A stretch of DNA of 64,000 nt, taken from NCBI GenBank assembly GCA_950097015.1, contig CATNEN010000003.1:16075781-16139780 (forward strand), given 5' to 3'. This DNA comes from Macrostomum hystrix. Taxonomy: Eukaryota > Animalia > Platyhelminthes. This document shows, in pieces, positions 62,801 through 64,000 of this stretch. The position numbers were made by a program, and so were the translations under genes. Under the pieces are notes generated by a model, which was not told the origin of the DNA, made no database searches, and saw nothing but the letters and a program-made list of their open reading frames with translations. The number at the start of each line of letters is the position of its first letter. The first letter of the stretch is position 1.

Positions 62801-64000
62801 AAACCAGATCTTGAATCATGACTAAACCAGAGTTTAAATCATGGCTAAAGCATCGTTTGAATCATGGCTAACCCAGAGTCTGAATCATGGCTAAACCAGA
62901 CTTTGAATCATAGCCAACCAGAGTTTGAATCTTGGCTAAACCAGAGTTTCAATCATGGCTAACCCAGCGTTTGAATCATGGCTAAACCAGAGTTTGAATC
63001 ATGGCAAAAACCAAGTTTCAATCATGGCTAACCCAGCGCTTGAATCATGGCTAAACCAGAGTTTGAATCATAGCCAACCAGAGTTTGAATCTTGGCTAAA
63101 CCAGAGTCTGAATCATGGCAAAACGAGAGTTTGAATCATAGCCCACCAGGGTTTAAAACATGGCGAAACCTGAGTTTGAATCTTGGCTAACCCAGCGTTT
63201 GAAAATCAACGTCAACTGGGGAGTCATCATCAAAATGGGGATCATGGTGAACTGGGGGATCATGGTAAACTGGGGGATAATTGTCGACTGGGGGATCATT
63301 GTCAACTGGGGGATCATTGTCAACTGGGGGATCATTGTCAACTGGGGGATCATTGTCAACTGGGGGATCATTGTCAAATGGGGGATCATTGTCAACTGGG
63401 GGATCTTTGTCAACTGGGGGTTCATTGTCAACTGGGGGTTCATTGTCAACTGGGGGATCATTGTCAACTGGGGGATCATTGTGAACTGAGAGATCATTGT
63501 CAACTGGGGGGTAATGGTCAACTGGGGGATAATTGTCAACTGGGGAATCATCATCAACTGAGGATCATCATCAACTGGGGGATCATTGAGAACTGGGGGA
63601 TCTTTGTCAACTGGGGGATCATTGTGAACTGGGGGATCTTTGTCAACTGGGGGATCATTGTATACTGTGGGATCATTGTCAACCGGCGGGATCTTTGTTA
63701 ACTGGGGGATCATTGTCAACTGGGGGATCATTCTCAACTGGGGGATCATTGTCAACTGGGGGATCATCATCAACTGGGGGATCATTGTCAACTGGGGGAT
63801 CATTGTCAACTGGGGGATCATTGTCAACTGGGGGATCATTGTCAACTGGGTGATCATCATCAACTGGGGGATCATTGTCAACTTGGGGAACATTGTTAAC
63901 TGGGGATCATCATCAATGGGGAGACTTCATCAACTGGGGGATCATTGTGAACTGGGGGATCTTGTTAACTGGGGGATCATTGTCAACTGGGGATCATTGT
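59824..64000 (+). mobile_element. Helitron U14 (5' gamma), near-identical to U10, runs off the window; satellite A ~60402-63200, 18-bp satellite ~63205-64000
   Basis: Same start and variant order as U10 at offset 11982 (ORF 51178 corresponds to 63160). Confidence 0.88.

Overview
Eukaryotic, probably invertebrate animal, genomic DNA (spliceosomal GT-AG introns; organism not identifiable from sequence alone). Left part (1-10.4 kb): a minus-strand multi-Ig-domain gene with a signal-peptide exon followed by a three-exon module (V-like Ig plus two further Ig-like domains) present 2.7 times in tandem, with minisatellites and small insertions in the introns. 10.4-13.6 kb is poorly explained and holds a Q-rich orphan ORF pair. 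From about 13632 to the window end (>50 kb) the sequence is one uninterrupted, same-orientation stack of 14 Helitron units (U1-U14) with no host DNA between them: 12 junctions read hairpin-N8-CTAG|TC and one reads A|TC. The units are heterogeneous, mixing 4 types of 5' end with 4 types of 3' hairpin. They include five ~330-340 bp minis, several 2.5-6.8 kb non-autonomous elements filled with 18- and 23-bp satellites, and one apparently intact 14.6 kb autonomous element. That element encodes a 7-exon, 1764-aa RepHel protein (STPR-like repeats, OTU protease, Zn-finger, HUH Rep, Pif1 helicase) and a convergent spliced RPA70-like ssDNA-binding gene. The most interesting inference is that these Helitrons target A|TC, i.e. 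the 5' junction of their own kind, and so build a polarised, satellite-generating array. This is a hypothesis with explicit tests given below.
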